The notes under the pieces are model-generated. The model ran no database searches and was not told the DNA's origin. It saw only the letters and a program-made list of their open reading frames with translations. A stretch of DNA of 64,000 nucleotides from the human T2T-CHM13v2.0 reference genome, Homo sapiens. The translations under genes were made by a program, and so were the position numbers. The DNA lies in the NCBI RefSeq assembly GCF_009914755.1, contig NC_060938.1, one strand, 5' to 3'. The stretch's first letter is position 1; every line of letters begins with the position of its first letter. This document shows, piece after piece, positions 15,466-30,452 of the stretch.

Positions 15466-17487
15466 AAACTGATAGTAATTTAATTATACTGAATATTCAA
15501 TTTATACTACTAGTGACTTTCATATCATAATACAGAATGATAACTATATATAAAAGATAATAATCAGATAATCTGAAAATAATAAAACTGTGAAATGTAC
15601 TTCTCTCTATAGTGAGTCATATGTGTAAGTTATGCAGCAGGTGAAGAAATGTGTAAGATAGGCCTTTTAAAACACAATCTTAAATCTTATTAAGGTTTTC
15701 TAGAGTAATATAAATAATGCGATAATAGAAATAAGATCTACTTATTTTCTACTATTCTGTAAAATTATTAAATAATTAAATTTTCTTTCTATAGTAATCT
15801 TGTTACACCAAGCTCACTTTGTACTATTGTGCCTATACAGAAATTACACTAATTTTTCCTCCATTAAAACATTAAAATAGCCTTTTGACTTTTATAGACT
15901 TCAGAGAAGTTGTCATTATATCTCAAGTGCTATGAATGTGAACTGTGGGAATGTGAACTTTACTAAGAATCAATTATATAGCCTAAGTTGGTGTTTTATA
16001 TTTGTTTTTCCTGCACTGTTATGGAAACCTGTAAAATATGTTAACATTGAACTATTTGGTCTTATTTAGACAGTATTTTATCTTACAATGCTGTATGATG
16101 AAATCCTGCACTCAAATAAAACATTAATCAGCAGAACTTAAATAAAAATATATGACTGTTAATTTTGTAGTCTTCCTACTTGCTTAGAAATTAAATTTCT
16201 AATAAATCTTTGTCTCTGATTTTGTGCAAAACAATGCTATTGGCTGGTGACTTCACTGTCTAAGAATATGGATTTATAAAGGTATAGAGAGTATCGGTTA
16301 TATAGAGGTATCAGGTAAAGTTCATGCAAGCCAAATATTTTTAAGCATTCAATGGTGTTTTCTTGTAGGAATTAAATGTATTTATTAGCTTGACTTTACT
16401 GACTATGTTTGCTTAATATTAATCTATTAGAGCATAACTGCATAACATGGGTTTTAAATGAAGCTTGCTGTTACTCTAAATTTATGTCACAAATGTGGCT
16501 CTGGGAAATTTTTCAAGTTTGTCTCAGTGCTTTAAGCCTTATAAAAATGAGCAAGTAACTCATAAATAATAGACAGTTCCTCAGAAGTCATTTAAAGTGC
16601 ACTCCTTTTATTGGCAAAATTTCCATATGTTCTTTGGCTCTTTGAGATGTAGACTCTGTAGAGCTATTTAACTACCATTATTTTCTGGTGATTTTTTTCA
16701 GGTACCTTTCTTTATGATTTATGGTTCTGTAAAATCTTACCTCAGTGTGTAGCTAGAATTATTTAGTCACATATTTTTAAATAATTTTAAAATTTCGTAA
16801 AAATTCCTGTGACCCATGAACATCATCAACCAATGTTATGAGATAAAATACTTCCCTCCCCAAATTAGAATGCTTTTCTTTCATATATTTCAAGCGTGAG
16901 TCAGAATTGGAAAGGTACTAATTTAAATGCATTGTGCTTTCTCTAAAGTGGACAAAAGGAAAATAATAGTTAATAAGAGAGCTTTCTAGCATGGTACCAA
17001 ATAAATATTTGGGCTGGTGAATGAGCAAGAGAAGTACAACAATCCACTTGTCCTGACTTTCAAGAGTTTTCTCCTTGCCAACTTATCACATTTGTAATTA
17101 ATTAATATTTGTGCATTTATCTGCTTAATGTCTTCCTCTCTTTATTATAAGTTGTATAAACACAAAGATTGTCTATCTTATTCTCTCCTTTACCTCTAAC
17201 CCCAGGATATTGTGGGGCACATGGTAGAAGTTGCTCAAAAAAGTTTTTGTTGAATATATTCATGAATTTGAATGTTTTGCCCTACAAATTAACTTTAAAA
17301 GTACTTATGGAGTACATGCCGATTTAATATACCTATAATAAATATGAATATTCATTGCATGTGTACATGTCAATATTTAACAGCTATCATTTATTTAATG
17401 CTTTTTTTCAACTTTACAAAGTGCCCTAACATATTTTTTTAAATGTTTGTTGCTCACAGTAATCCTGTGAGGCATATGATGATATTG

Positions 17488-17662
17488 CTGTCATTCCTCC
17501 ATATCCACAGGTTTCTTATCTAAACCTGTGGTTGTGTAGGCAGGGGCACAACTGTGCTTTGCATCCACAGATGTGGAGGGCCAACAGAACTCGAGCATCC
17601 TCTGCATTTTGTATCCACGGTGGTCCTGGAACCAATCCTCCATGGATATGGAGAGTCAACTG
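17488..17662. mobile_element. Tigger3/MER2/MER8-family MITE, within a MIR remnant
   Basis: Imperfect inverted termini ctgtcattcctccatatcca / tggatatggagagtcaactg. Confidence 0.6.
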
Positions 17663-18455
17663 CATTTCCATTTTATAGGCAAGCAATATGGAGTTTAGAT
17701 TAAAAAAAATTGTTTGCTCCAAGAACACATAAGTTTTTAAGTGATCAATCCTGGACTTGAATCATTTGTTTTTACTGTCTTTTGGATGGCAACATTAACT
17801 TTGTACCATATACCTAGTTCTTCATTAATTAAGAGATGGTTACAAAATTAAGATACATATAATTGTCATAAGATCCTCAAATAAATAAATGCTTTCAGTT
17901 ATTTTACATGTGCTGAGAATAGTAGTCACCTTTGATAATGAGAATGAAGTATAATAAATCTAGGTTATGATGTTTATTTAAGTCTGAATCATGTAAAACA
18001 GAACAGGCATACTTCTAAACTAATTCTGTTAGACAGAAATAGAAATCCCTGACAATTAATGAAGTAGCACATAGTGGTCTTTGAATTACCTGAATTAGTT
18101 ATTTTCTTACATATGCCACAGATACTTGAGTTCAGCTCATTAAATTTTCTATTATTTCATTAAAACCAATGCAGTTAGCGGTAATAGGGGAGTGAAAGGA
18201 GAAGGAAATTGTGTAGAGCAAGATACTTTATTTGAGAGTGGTTATGTATGAGGTGGAGGTGGGGAATCCAGGAAAACCATGGAGTTATGAAAAAATTAAA
18301 ACTCATTGGTATATTTTATTTGAACTAAAGTTGATACAATCTCCAAGAACTAGAAGTATTTATTACATAAAATCATCTTTTTCAAAAGTATATGTAAACC
18401 TTAATTGCTGTCAGAAAAATATGCACAATAGTGTGTATACTTGCATTAAAAAGGG

Positions 18456-18490
18456 ATATATATATATATACACGCACACACACACACACA
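18456..18490. repeat. Compound (AT)n(AC)n microsatellite
   Basis: atatatatatatatacacgcacacacacacacaca. Confidence 0.9.
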
Positions 18491-18520
18491 AATATAAATG
18501 GGAGATATAAGTGCAATTGC

Positions 18521-18836
<316 letters not shown>

Positions 18837-18933
18837 TAGAGGGACACATAAAAATCTGGTTGGCAGGGTAGGGAGGAAAACTTTTTACTGTATGCACTTC
18901 CCTAACATTATAGTTATTTTTACCATGTGAATG

Positions 18934-20635
18934 TGTTGTGGTCTTTCTGCTCCTTAATTCAGCTAGGTCCAAGTCTTTTTCTCACAACCAGGAAGAATTA
19001 GGCAGGCATGTGGACACTGTACAGTGAGTGGAATAGAATTTATTAAGTGAAAGGAAAAATTCTCAGCCAAGAGGGGATGTGGTGGGGAGGGGTGTTTCCC
19101 CCACCCAAAGGTGGGAAAATTCCCCGTGTAGCTGGTCCTGGGCCTTTTATGGACTTAGAATGGGGAGTATGTGCTGATTGGTTTGTGATTATGCAAAAAA
19201 GGTTAAAGTGAAGACACCACTCAAAGGTGGGCACGACAGTGTAGAAAACCAATTAGGAAAGGGTAGGTATATATAAAGTAGGTGAAGGTGGGGATCAGTC
19301 AGAGGAAAGGCTGCCACACAGGAAGACAAGTTATCGATCCAGTCCAAAGGTTAAACTTGTAGCTTGGCTTTCAGGCTTTAAACTGTCTTTGGCTTGAAAG
19401 TGGGATTTCACAGGGGACCCACCCCCTATCTGCCTAGGCATTTGGCTGCCTCCTATCACTCTAATTTTCCCCCTCTGAAAAGGTACCTCTAACTGCCATT
19501 AGAATAGGAATGAAGACGATCTTAACTGCTTTCTGCTGATAGAGGGCACTGTTTGGGGAAAATAGCAGTCAAATCTCCCTCAGAGGCTTGTCTAAGGATC
19601 CCCAGTAAAAGGGAGCCATCGTTTGAAGCTACAGTTGCGTGACCATTTTGAGTTTGATGGCCTGAAGGCGAGAAGAGAGAAACTGGGTTATTAGAAGACA
19701 TGTATCAAAATGAAAAAAGGGGGTAAGGACAGCTTAGAAATCCTGAGGCTGCCACCATGCCAGGATAACTGGTGGCTGTAGTTGTACCTGCTAAGGTTTG
19801 GGTGCATGGGGCTTGGCTTTGGTTAGCTCCCTTGGCCTTATTTTCCCAAAGAAACCTCCGGGTTATGGGTACCCCATTTATTTCTATCACCTGGCAGGAT
19901 TTGCAGGATAATTGCCCAGAACTAGAATATTGATCCAGAATTTTACTTTACCCATCCCTCTGTTTCTTGTGAGCTGCAGCCAGAGACCACTGTTTGGTTC
20001 ACAGGGTTAGTCTAAAACGTAGGCAAAAACTTAAAAACAAATAATGAGATTAGAATTTAATGGCAAGTGTATGATAAGTTTTGAAACATAATTTTTCTCT
20101 CTCTAGTCCTCATTTTTGTCAAAAACAAATCATGATAGGACTGAGTTGTTTGCAAAATAAATTTTAATCTTATACTTGGCTTGAATATTTGCATAAAGTG
20201 CAGCAAGAATAATTATTTTTCACGTAGGCTTTTAAAATTGGCTTTGATGGAACTCTGTTCCACAAGGAATCTCAGATAAGACTTTCTTAAAGCCGAGCCC
20301 AGCCATGGGTTTCTACCCTCAAATGCCTGTGATTTGGGTAAATTCCACTCTTGAGGTCCCAAGATAACTTGGGGTTCCTGGGTCTATTAGAAAGTGACAT
20401 TCTTTACTCACCACAGGTTAGGAACCCTGTATAGGGACTGTGTAGACAAGGTATGAGGCCAGTTTTCCCAAGGGGCTCTGCAAGTCAAACTTGACTCCTT
20501 AAAGGAAGGCATAACCTTCTACTCAAAGCCTTGGTAAAACAACCAGTTTCTCTAATTGTGTCCTGTTGCAAAAGAAAATGGATTCTTATTGCACTGATGC
20601 AAATAACAATATTACCATAAGTTAAACATACTTAC
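18934..20635 (-). mobile_element. ERV1 MER4-group provirus remnant: 3' LTR (18934-19458) plus adjacent internal sequence
   Basis: TG/CA-bounded ~525-bp LTR; polypurine tract (revcomp of ttttccccctctg) next to it; internal sequence resembles MER4-group int. Exact LTR subfamily uncertain. Confidence 0.78.
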
Positions 20636-20970
20636 TGTTGTTGGTTTAAAGTCTTTTTTATCTGAGGTAAGAATAGCAACCCCTGCTCTTTTTTGTTTTC
20701 CATTTGCATAGTATTTCTCCAGCTCTTTACTTTAAGCCTGTTGGTGTAACGTGAAATGGGTCTGTTGAAGATAGCAGAGGGATGAATCTGGTTTTATTAT
20801 CCAACTTGCAACTCTGTTACTTTTAAGTGCAGCATTTAGACTGTTTACATTCAAGGTTAATATTGATATATGAGGCTGCTTTGATCATATGGTGAAGTTG
20901 TTAGCTGGTTGTTTTGTAGTTTCCATTGTGTGACTGCTTTATAGGGTCTGTGCACTGTATACATAAGTGA
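20636..20970 (-). mobile_element. Internal L1 (old L1PA/L1PB) fragment, ORF2 5' region
   Basis: ttgttggtttaaagtct...aatagcaacccctgctct...catttacattcaaggttaatattgat-like antisense L1 sequence. Confidence 0.75.
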
Positions 20971-21632
20971 AATATGTAATATAACTAATTAAAATCAAAT
21001 ATTGAAAATTTAAATTAGAGAAACTTCTGAATTATAGTTTTTGTATATTTTTAGAATAGATTTATTATTTTACATGTATACAATTACTAAGATAATCACA
21101 GGCCTCTGTTTAAATTATTGCTTTCTCAGAGGTTAAATAGCACCACCCAATCTAAAGTTGTTTTCATGCATTATGTCACATCATCCTCTTTATAATGTTT
21201 TCTTTACAGCACTTACAATATTTGAAATTTTCTACTTATTCATTTACTACCCATTTCCCCCGGTAGAATGTAAGATCCATGAATACAATTACTATATGTG
21301 TTTTGTTAACTTTCTATCTAGCACATGAAATAATGCCTAGCACATAATAAGTTCTCAGTGAATATTCAGTGAAAGAACAAAAGTGTTTAGAAGTATTATT
21401 TTAATAAATAGATAAAATTTTAGTAGTGTATCAAGAGTCTTTATAATCTTTAGAGAGCCACAGTGTTTCTTGTGTAGTTTAAAAATTACTCTGTAATCTC
21501 ATTTAATTATGTTTTGCACGCTTTGTATATTGTAAGAGGTTAATTTATATGAGGTCTGTCAAATTGTCATATAATCTATAAGTTTTTAATGAATGTTTAT
21601 TGTATCCATATTATATGAAATAATTACAATGG

Positions 21633-23278
<1,646 letters not shown>

Positions 23279-24334
23279 AATTACAATGGAATTTTACTAG
23301 TGTTCATTAAAAATATGACCACTAAATAAAACTGCAAATAAGAGAAATGGCATATTTCTAAATAAAGGCTTCTAATTAATATACTAATTACCAATGGTTC
23401 ATGTCAGAATGTTAAAGCTCTTGAAAGATTTCCTAATTTGCTTCTTTGTAAACTACTTTCTCTTTAAGAATTATGTAAGGCATAATAATACAAACTGATT
23501 ATATTCCACTGGCCAACCTATGTGAAAGTTCTTTAAAATGAGGAATATATTATGGTCGATATCTTTAATGATAATTACCTTTCCATGGTGTAAAATCTGA
23601 AGAACAATCTTGTCTTTATGACAGCATTTATATATGAAAATTTAATTCTAAGAAATATATGGATTTGCAGAGAAGTGTCACATAGTAAAAAAAAAAAAAA
23701 AAATCTGGGCTCTGGGATGACATTGTTCTAAGTAGCAGACTGTTTTCTGTTCATAACCTTGAGCAAGTTAACTTTTCTGAACCTCAGGTATAGTGCTGAA
23801 ACAGTATATGTAAAAATGCCTAACACAATGCCTATTAGAAATGCTCAGTAGATTCTAATTCTCTTTTCTTCCCGAGTAAAGTGGAAGCAAAGACTCTTCT
23901 CAAAAGTATGGTGGCCACATTTACCAAAATAGTAGAAAAAAAGAATGGTGAGGTAAAAAGGTACCCATTTAACCTCACTAAGGATGACTGTATTTACCAG
24001 TGTTAAACAGGGGAGTTTCTAATCAAAGGCTTTTAGGAATCAATTTTGACCATATTTTAAAACAATAGCTACATTTATTTTCCAAAATTATTTTGGTCTT
24101 TAAGTCATAGATTATATGGTAATATAAATCAGAATGTCTTCTATCTTCAATTTTGGCTAAAGGCAAATAGTAATACCTAATACTTATTTACATGCATACT
24201 ATATACTGTCAGCCGTCCACATCTGTGGGTTCCTCCACATCCATGGGCTCCACATCTGTGAATTCAAACAACTGCAGTTCAAAAATATTTAGAGAAAGAC
24301 AATAAAAGTAATAAAAAATACCATATTACAACTA

Positions 24335-24778
24335 TTTTTTTTTTAATCTTTTTTTTTTTTTCTTTTTTTATTATTATTATTATACTTTAAGTTTTAGGGT
24401 ACATGTGCACATTGTGCAGGTTAGTTACATATGTATACATGTGCCATGCTGGTGCACTGCACCCACTAACGTGTCATCTAGCATTAGGTATATCTCCCAA
24501 TGCTATCCCTCCCCCCTCCCCCGACCCCACCACAGTCCCCAGAGTGTGATATTCCCCTTCCTGTGTCCATGTGATCTCATTGTTCAATTCCCACCTATGA
24601 GTGAGAATAGGCGGTGTTTGGTTTTTTGTTCTTGCGATGGTTTACTGAGAATGATGGTTTCCAATTTCATCCATGTCCCTACAAAGGACATGAACTCATC
24701 ATTTTTTATGGCTGCATAGTATTCCATGGTGTATATGTGCCACATTTTCTTAATCCAGTCTATCATTGTTGGACATTT
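24335..24778 (-). mobile_element. L1HS pre-Ta (ACG/A) 3' fragment, about 440 bp
   Basis: Long poly-T; 3'UTR diagnostic reads GATGACACGTTAG on the minus strand (ACG at 24470-24472) and AAAACTTAAAG; also L1HS-type cccgaccccaccac and gtgatattcccc. Confidence 0.88.
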
Positions 24779-24833
24779 TATATAATATTCATATTGTATT
24801 AGGTATCATGAGTAATCTAGAGATGATTTCAAG

Positions 24834-25351
24834 CAGGGTTCCCCAAACCCTGGGCCATTGAACAGTAGTGGTCCATGGCTGGTTGGGAACCAGGTCACAC
24901 AGCAGGACGTGAGCGGCAGACGTGAGCAAAACTTCATCTGTATTTACAACCACTCCCATTACCGCCTGAGCTCCACCTTTTGTCAGATCAGTGGCAGCAT
25001 TAGATTCTCATAGAAGCACAAACCCTATTGTGAACTGCACATGTGAGGGACCTACATTGTGTGCGCCTTATGAGAATCGAATGCCTGAAGATCTGCCACT
25101 GTCTCCCATCACCCCCAGATGGGACTGTCTAGCTGCAGCAAAACAAGCTCAGGGTTCCCACTGATTTTACATTGTGATGACATGTATAATTATTGCATTA
25201 TATATTACAATGTAATAAGAATAGAAATAACGTGCACAATAAATGTAATGCATTTGAATCATCACAAAACCATGCCCCCAACCCCCCAATCCTTGGAAAA
25301 ATTGTCTTCCATGAAACCAGTTCCTGGTGCCAAAAAGTTTGGGAACCACTG
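24834..25351 (+). mobile_element. MER1A (hAT-Charlie)
   Basis: CAG...CTG termini, about 518 bp, 8-bp TSD ATTTCAAG/ATTTAAAG. Confidence 0.9.
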
Positions 25352-26254
25352 ATTTAAAGTATATGATGGGAGGATGTTCGTGGGTCACACACAAATACTG
25401 TGTCTTTCTATATAAGGGACTTGAGCATTAGTGTATGTTGTTATCTGCAGGGGGAGGGAAGGTGTTCTGAAACCAGTCCCTCAAGGATACCCAGGGAGGA
25501 CTGTACCAAGTACTGTTCTGTAAACTTGGCCTAGATTAACTCATATAGTTAATCCTATATGGTAGGTTTTTTTTTTTAATCATTTTACGGATCAGGAAAC
25601 TGATGCAAGATGAATTAAGAAAACGTGCCTAAACTTACACAACAAATACGTGCCAGGTCAGGGCTGAGATTCTGATCTAGGTAAACTGACTCTAGATTTT
25701 ATGCTTTTAATTTTCACACAGTATTCTGAGATAAATCCAGAGAAGTGGTACAAACTTGAAACAGGTCTAAAAAGTTAAGCACAGAATGGATTGAGACCTT
25801 TAAAAAGCTGAAGGAAAAATATAGAGAATAACTTCTGTAGCTATATATCATCAAGAAAAATCAGTAAATCTATTGTATAGAAATAATAGCACAAATTTAA
25901 AATATAAAGATAATATAATTACTTATTGTACATGATTAGTATTCTAAGTTTAAAATATAATAAAAATTAAAGAATTACTTGACTTTTTAAAAACTTTTTT
26001 CTTTTGCCCTCCTGTGAGGACAGTCATTATTATTTTAAAAAAGAAGATAATCATATTTAATAGTTAAGCATGTATGCACTTAGTTGCTTTAAATGATTTA
26101 AAAATACTATCAACCTGAACTACTATATATCCAGATAATAAAAAAATGAAAAATAACATGTGATGTCAGAACCACTGTTAATCTTTTAGAAATCTGTTGA
26201 TTATCTTTGAGTAAAAAGAACAGAAGGGTGAACCTTGATTGACCACTTCCCATT

Positions 26255-26895
26255 CTTTCTGATGTGAGAGGGTATCTCAAGTCAAAAAAGAACAGGTACT
26301 GACAAGGTTGCACAGAAAAGGGAACACTTATTCACTGCTGATGGGAGTGTAAATTAATTTGCCCATTGTGAAAAGCAGTGTGGCAATATTTGAAAGAAAA
26401 AAACAGAATTACCATTTGACCCAGCAATTCCATTATTGGATACATAACCAAAGGAATATAAATTCTTCTGCCATAAACACACATGTATATGTAAGTTCAT
26501 TGCAGTACTATTGACAATAACAAAGACATGGAATCATTTAAATGCCCATCAGTGGTAGACTGGATAAAGGAATGAGAGCATGTCTTTTGCAGCAGCCTTT
26601 GGAGCCAGAGGCTATTATGTTAAGTGAACTAATGCAGGAACAGAAAACCAAATGCCGTATGTTCTCACTTATAAGTGGAAAACATGGAGTACACATGGAT
26701 TCAAAGACAGGAGCAACAGACAGTGGGGCCTACTTGAGGGTAGAGGGTGGGAGGAGGGAGTGGAACGAAAAACTACCTATTGGGTACTCTGCGTATTACC
26801 TGGGTGACAAAATAATCTGTACACCAAACTCCCATGACGCACAATTTACCTATATGACAAACCTGCACATGTACTACTGAAACAGAAAAAAAAAA
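26255..26895 (+). mobile_element. Old L1PA/L1PB 3' end with internal deletions
   Basis: ORF2 C-terminus and 3'UTR (…acaaacctgcacatgtac) followed by A-tail. Confidence 0.85.
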
Positions 26896-27059
26896 GAATG
26901 ACTGAATGTACACTATGATGGAAAAGCTGTATAATTTATTATCTACATATAGTCATCTATTTAGAATGAAATATATATCTGGATAATTAACTTCAGCTGA
27001 TATGTACTAGTTCTTCATTTCAATCTTTCTTATTCAGGAATTGATTAAATAGAGACTCC

Positions 27060-27980
27060 AGTTCCACCTGTGGTGGAGTAGCTTCTATGAAAACTAGCTA
27101 GAATACATAAAACAATTGTTTGAAGGAATTGGAGAACAACCAGTTTAAGCAGGACTTGAGGGATAATGGTTCTTGGGAGAACAGAATAGAAGCACTGGAA
27201 ATGAACTCCACATTTACCCTAACTTTTTCCCTGAGAGCATTTTTCAATTCCTAGTGTGGAAGACTGGAATCCAAGTGGAAAATGACAATCTTTCTGTCAT
27301 TAGCCAACTTTAGCCAGCTCTTAAGATGCATATGTATATGTACAAGTTGAAATTCCAGGAAATTCATCAATAAACAGAATTTCAGTGTCTGAACAAGTTA
27401 GCAGAGATTTCAGGAGGTGCATGGGACTAAGAAGAAAGGCTGAATTTTAAGCCCTGCCAAGGCAGAAGGGCCTTGGTAAACTTAGTTGGAACCCTAGAAG
27501 GACTACACTTTAGGAGTGAAGGCAAAATACTGAAAAAAAGAGAAAAACTATAGTTTTAGATATTTACTAGTTACTCATTGCATTTAGATATATTGAATGA
27601 AACACTAGACTCACAAAAACAGTAAATGAACAGACAGTTCATTAGAAAATGCCACATTGAAATACACACAGAAAAATGAAAGGTAAAACCAAAGGAACCT
27701 AAGATACGTATGGCACATGGTAAAAATAACTGACATTTGTGCAATATTCCCAAAAGAAGGATGGATAGACAGAATGATATAGAAACAATATTTGAAAAAA
27801 TACTGATTGAGAATTTTGTAAAATTGAAAGCATCAAAGCAAAAATTTAGGAAGCAAGATAAATTTTATATGCACATGTGTTTGTATATGTATATATACAC
27901 ATACATACATATGTGCAAACACACACAAAGCCAGGTATACTGTAGTCAAGCTGCTGCAAAACAAAGAAAAAATTTCATTA
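27060..27980 (+). mobile_element. Degenerate L1M 5'/ORF1 fragment
   Basis: ORF1-like IFEKILIENFVKL; approximate boundaries. Confidence 0.5.
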
Positions 27981-29654
27981 ATCTTGCCTCTGCTTCCAGT
28001 CTTTTTAGAACAGTGATTTTACCAACTATAGTTTTCTTTCCTAAGTCCATTATTTCCCCCCATTTTTAAAAAAACTTAGCGTCCCTGTTGATGGCTTTCA
28101 ATATAGTTAGCTTCTCAACTTCCTTGGTCCTAATCCTCTCCTCAAATTCCACCTTTGTCTTTATAAGTAGAGTTACTTCATATAAGCTTTTAATTTTTCA
28201 AACTATGTGTTGAAAAAGAAAAGTAATATGAAAGAAAAGATTTATTTAAAATATTTCAAGATGCCTATTACGCATTTCTACTCATTATATTCACTCTCTG
28301 TAGTAAGTATATAAGACTAAAGACTTGAATCTATAATTCCCTTAGTTAGTCCCCTCAGACTTCTAATGGGAAGAGGCTCCCTAGGACTTCTAAGGAAGGA
28401 CAATGGGCTGTCCTTCCCCTGAATTTCTTTAATTTTTACATTGCTAGTCACTAGCCCTGTATATCTTTCCCTGGTACTTTTTCAGTTTCTAATCCAGGCT
28501 GCCAAGGAGTACTAGAGAGATTATCATCCTTTCTATTTGTTCTATTGCAGACTCGCTTTTTGAACAGAAAAAAAAAAAAAAAAAAGAAAAGAGGGAAAAT
28601 GAAGAGTGAAAATAGTGAATAATTCTGGGATTGAGCCTAGAGAAGTAGAAAGTGTTTTATCAGTAACTTCTGTCTTCTTAGTAAGACAGAGGGCAAATTT
28701 ATCTGATATGGGTATGTGTTATAAGCTTAGGGGGAAAATGGAAATTTGGAATTGCTATCAGAATACATAGAGTAATTGCTTTCAGAATAAACGGAATAGT
28801 TGCTACTCATGCCAGTAGATGTGTGAGCCAGCTACAAAGATAATCAGAAGAGTTGTCAAGTATCAGTCATGTCCAAGCCACAGTTAAATAGCATACATTT
28901 ATAATAAATTATATCACTGATTCCCAGCAACATACAACAATGTTTGTATGTAGTAAGTGTTCAAAGGATTATTAAATAATTGCAGTTATCAATAGTGTAT
29001 CTGAGATGACTAAACAGACTAAAGAAGAGAATACTTGCACATATCAGGAAAAGATCTAATAGTCATAATGAATAGTGTTTTACGAATTGCCAACAAAAGT
29101 TCAAAACAATATAAATAATAGTACACAAATGAAAATTATTCATAAATATATGGATCTATTTGAAGAATTTGGAGATAACTCAGAGGAAAACCTCTAAAAT
29201 ATACAAAGATTTAGAAAATCAAATTTATGAGGAAGATTAAAGTTAACTGGGAATTTTTAAGTTACTAAAGATAAAACTGAGTAATGATCTAACCAACTAG
29301 TATACAGAGTTGGTATATATGGAGAGGAGTATGGCCATCTGTTTGGTATATACATGCAAGACAGAGCAAAATAACATCAATATAAATTGCAAAATGAGGG
29401 AGTTTTAAAATTATTTATCCTAATGGAAAAAAAGTATATGGCATGAGAAATTAGAATAGATTACCAGATGATTATAGAGAAGATAATCTCTCTTTTAAGT
29501 TATTGAAAACTAAAATTGATTTTTAAAAATTCTATTTCATACCTGCTTTATTCTAAACACTAGGCCAAGTTTTGGAACACAGAAATGAATAGCTGACACT
29601 ATTCCTGACTTTTCAATATTCTGCAGGAAAAGAGCTATATGAGCAGTGACTTTG

Positions 29655-29860
29655 AAAGCAGGACTTTTTATGATGATAAAAGGATCAATCCATTAGGCAT
29701 ACATGACAATTATAAACATACATGTACCCAAAAACAGAGTTTCAAAATACATTAAGCAAAAACTGGCAGAATTAAAGGGACAGACAGACAATTAAACAAT
29801 AATAGTTGGGGGCTTTAGTACCCCACTTTCAATAATGGATAGAACAACTTTGCAGAAGAG
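29655..29860 (+). mobile_element. L1M ORF2 endonuclease-domain fragment
   Basis: atgataaaaggatcaatccat...aaaatacattaagcaaaaactg...ccccactttcaataatggataga. Confidence 0.75.
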
Positions 29861-30452
29861 GAAGACATTATAGTCCAGAGTTATACAGTAAAACCATAGA
29901 AATAGGTACTCAGTAAAGGTAGAATATAGGAGTTTATTTCTAAGCATTCATGGGGTGAAGGATGCATTAAGGGAATAGAAGATGAATGTTTGAAACAACT
30001 CAAGATAATTGACTAGTCGTCTAGATTTTAAAAGATACGTATACTATATATATAATATACATATATACTTGTCTGCTAGGATCATTAGAGAAGAACATTT
30101 TAGACAGTGTGTAGAAAAATGTGGATATGTGTAAAAATTTGTATCTTTGGGCAGCTATTTGTGACTTTGAATTGTTGAAACTTTAATAAGTATACTGAAG
30201 TGGAATAAGGGACGATTGTAATACTGGGACATGAGGCTGAAGAGGTATGATTCTGTCTCAAGACAGTGAAGCATATAGATAATGCTAGAGTACCTACAAT
30301 AATTACCAATCATCTATGAAATATACCAAATTTTAATTCTAATCTTTCACTTCTTAAAGTGTATGTTAGTCAGGATCTTATCTGATATAGTTTTAAAAAG
30401 TATTTTTAAATATTTGAGCCTATGTAGAGTTTTTAAAAATTATGTTACCTTT

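Larger units (their letters stand above)
24206..25503. mobile_element. MER2/Tigger3-family element split by L1HS and MER1A insertions
   Basis: TA-flanked termini; the consensus run acaactattt..attgtattaggtat..gtaatctagagatgattt..aaagtata is continuous across both inserts. Confidence 0.8.
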
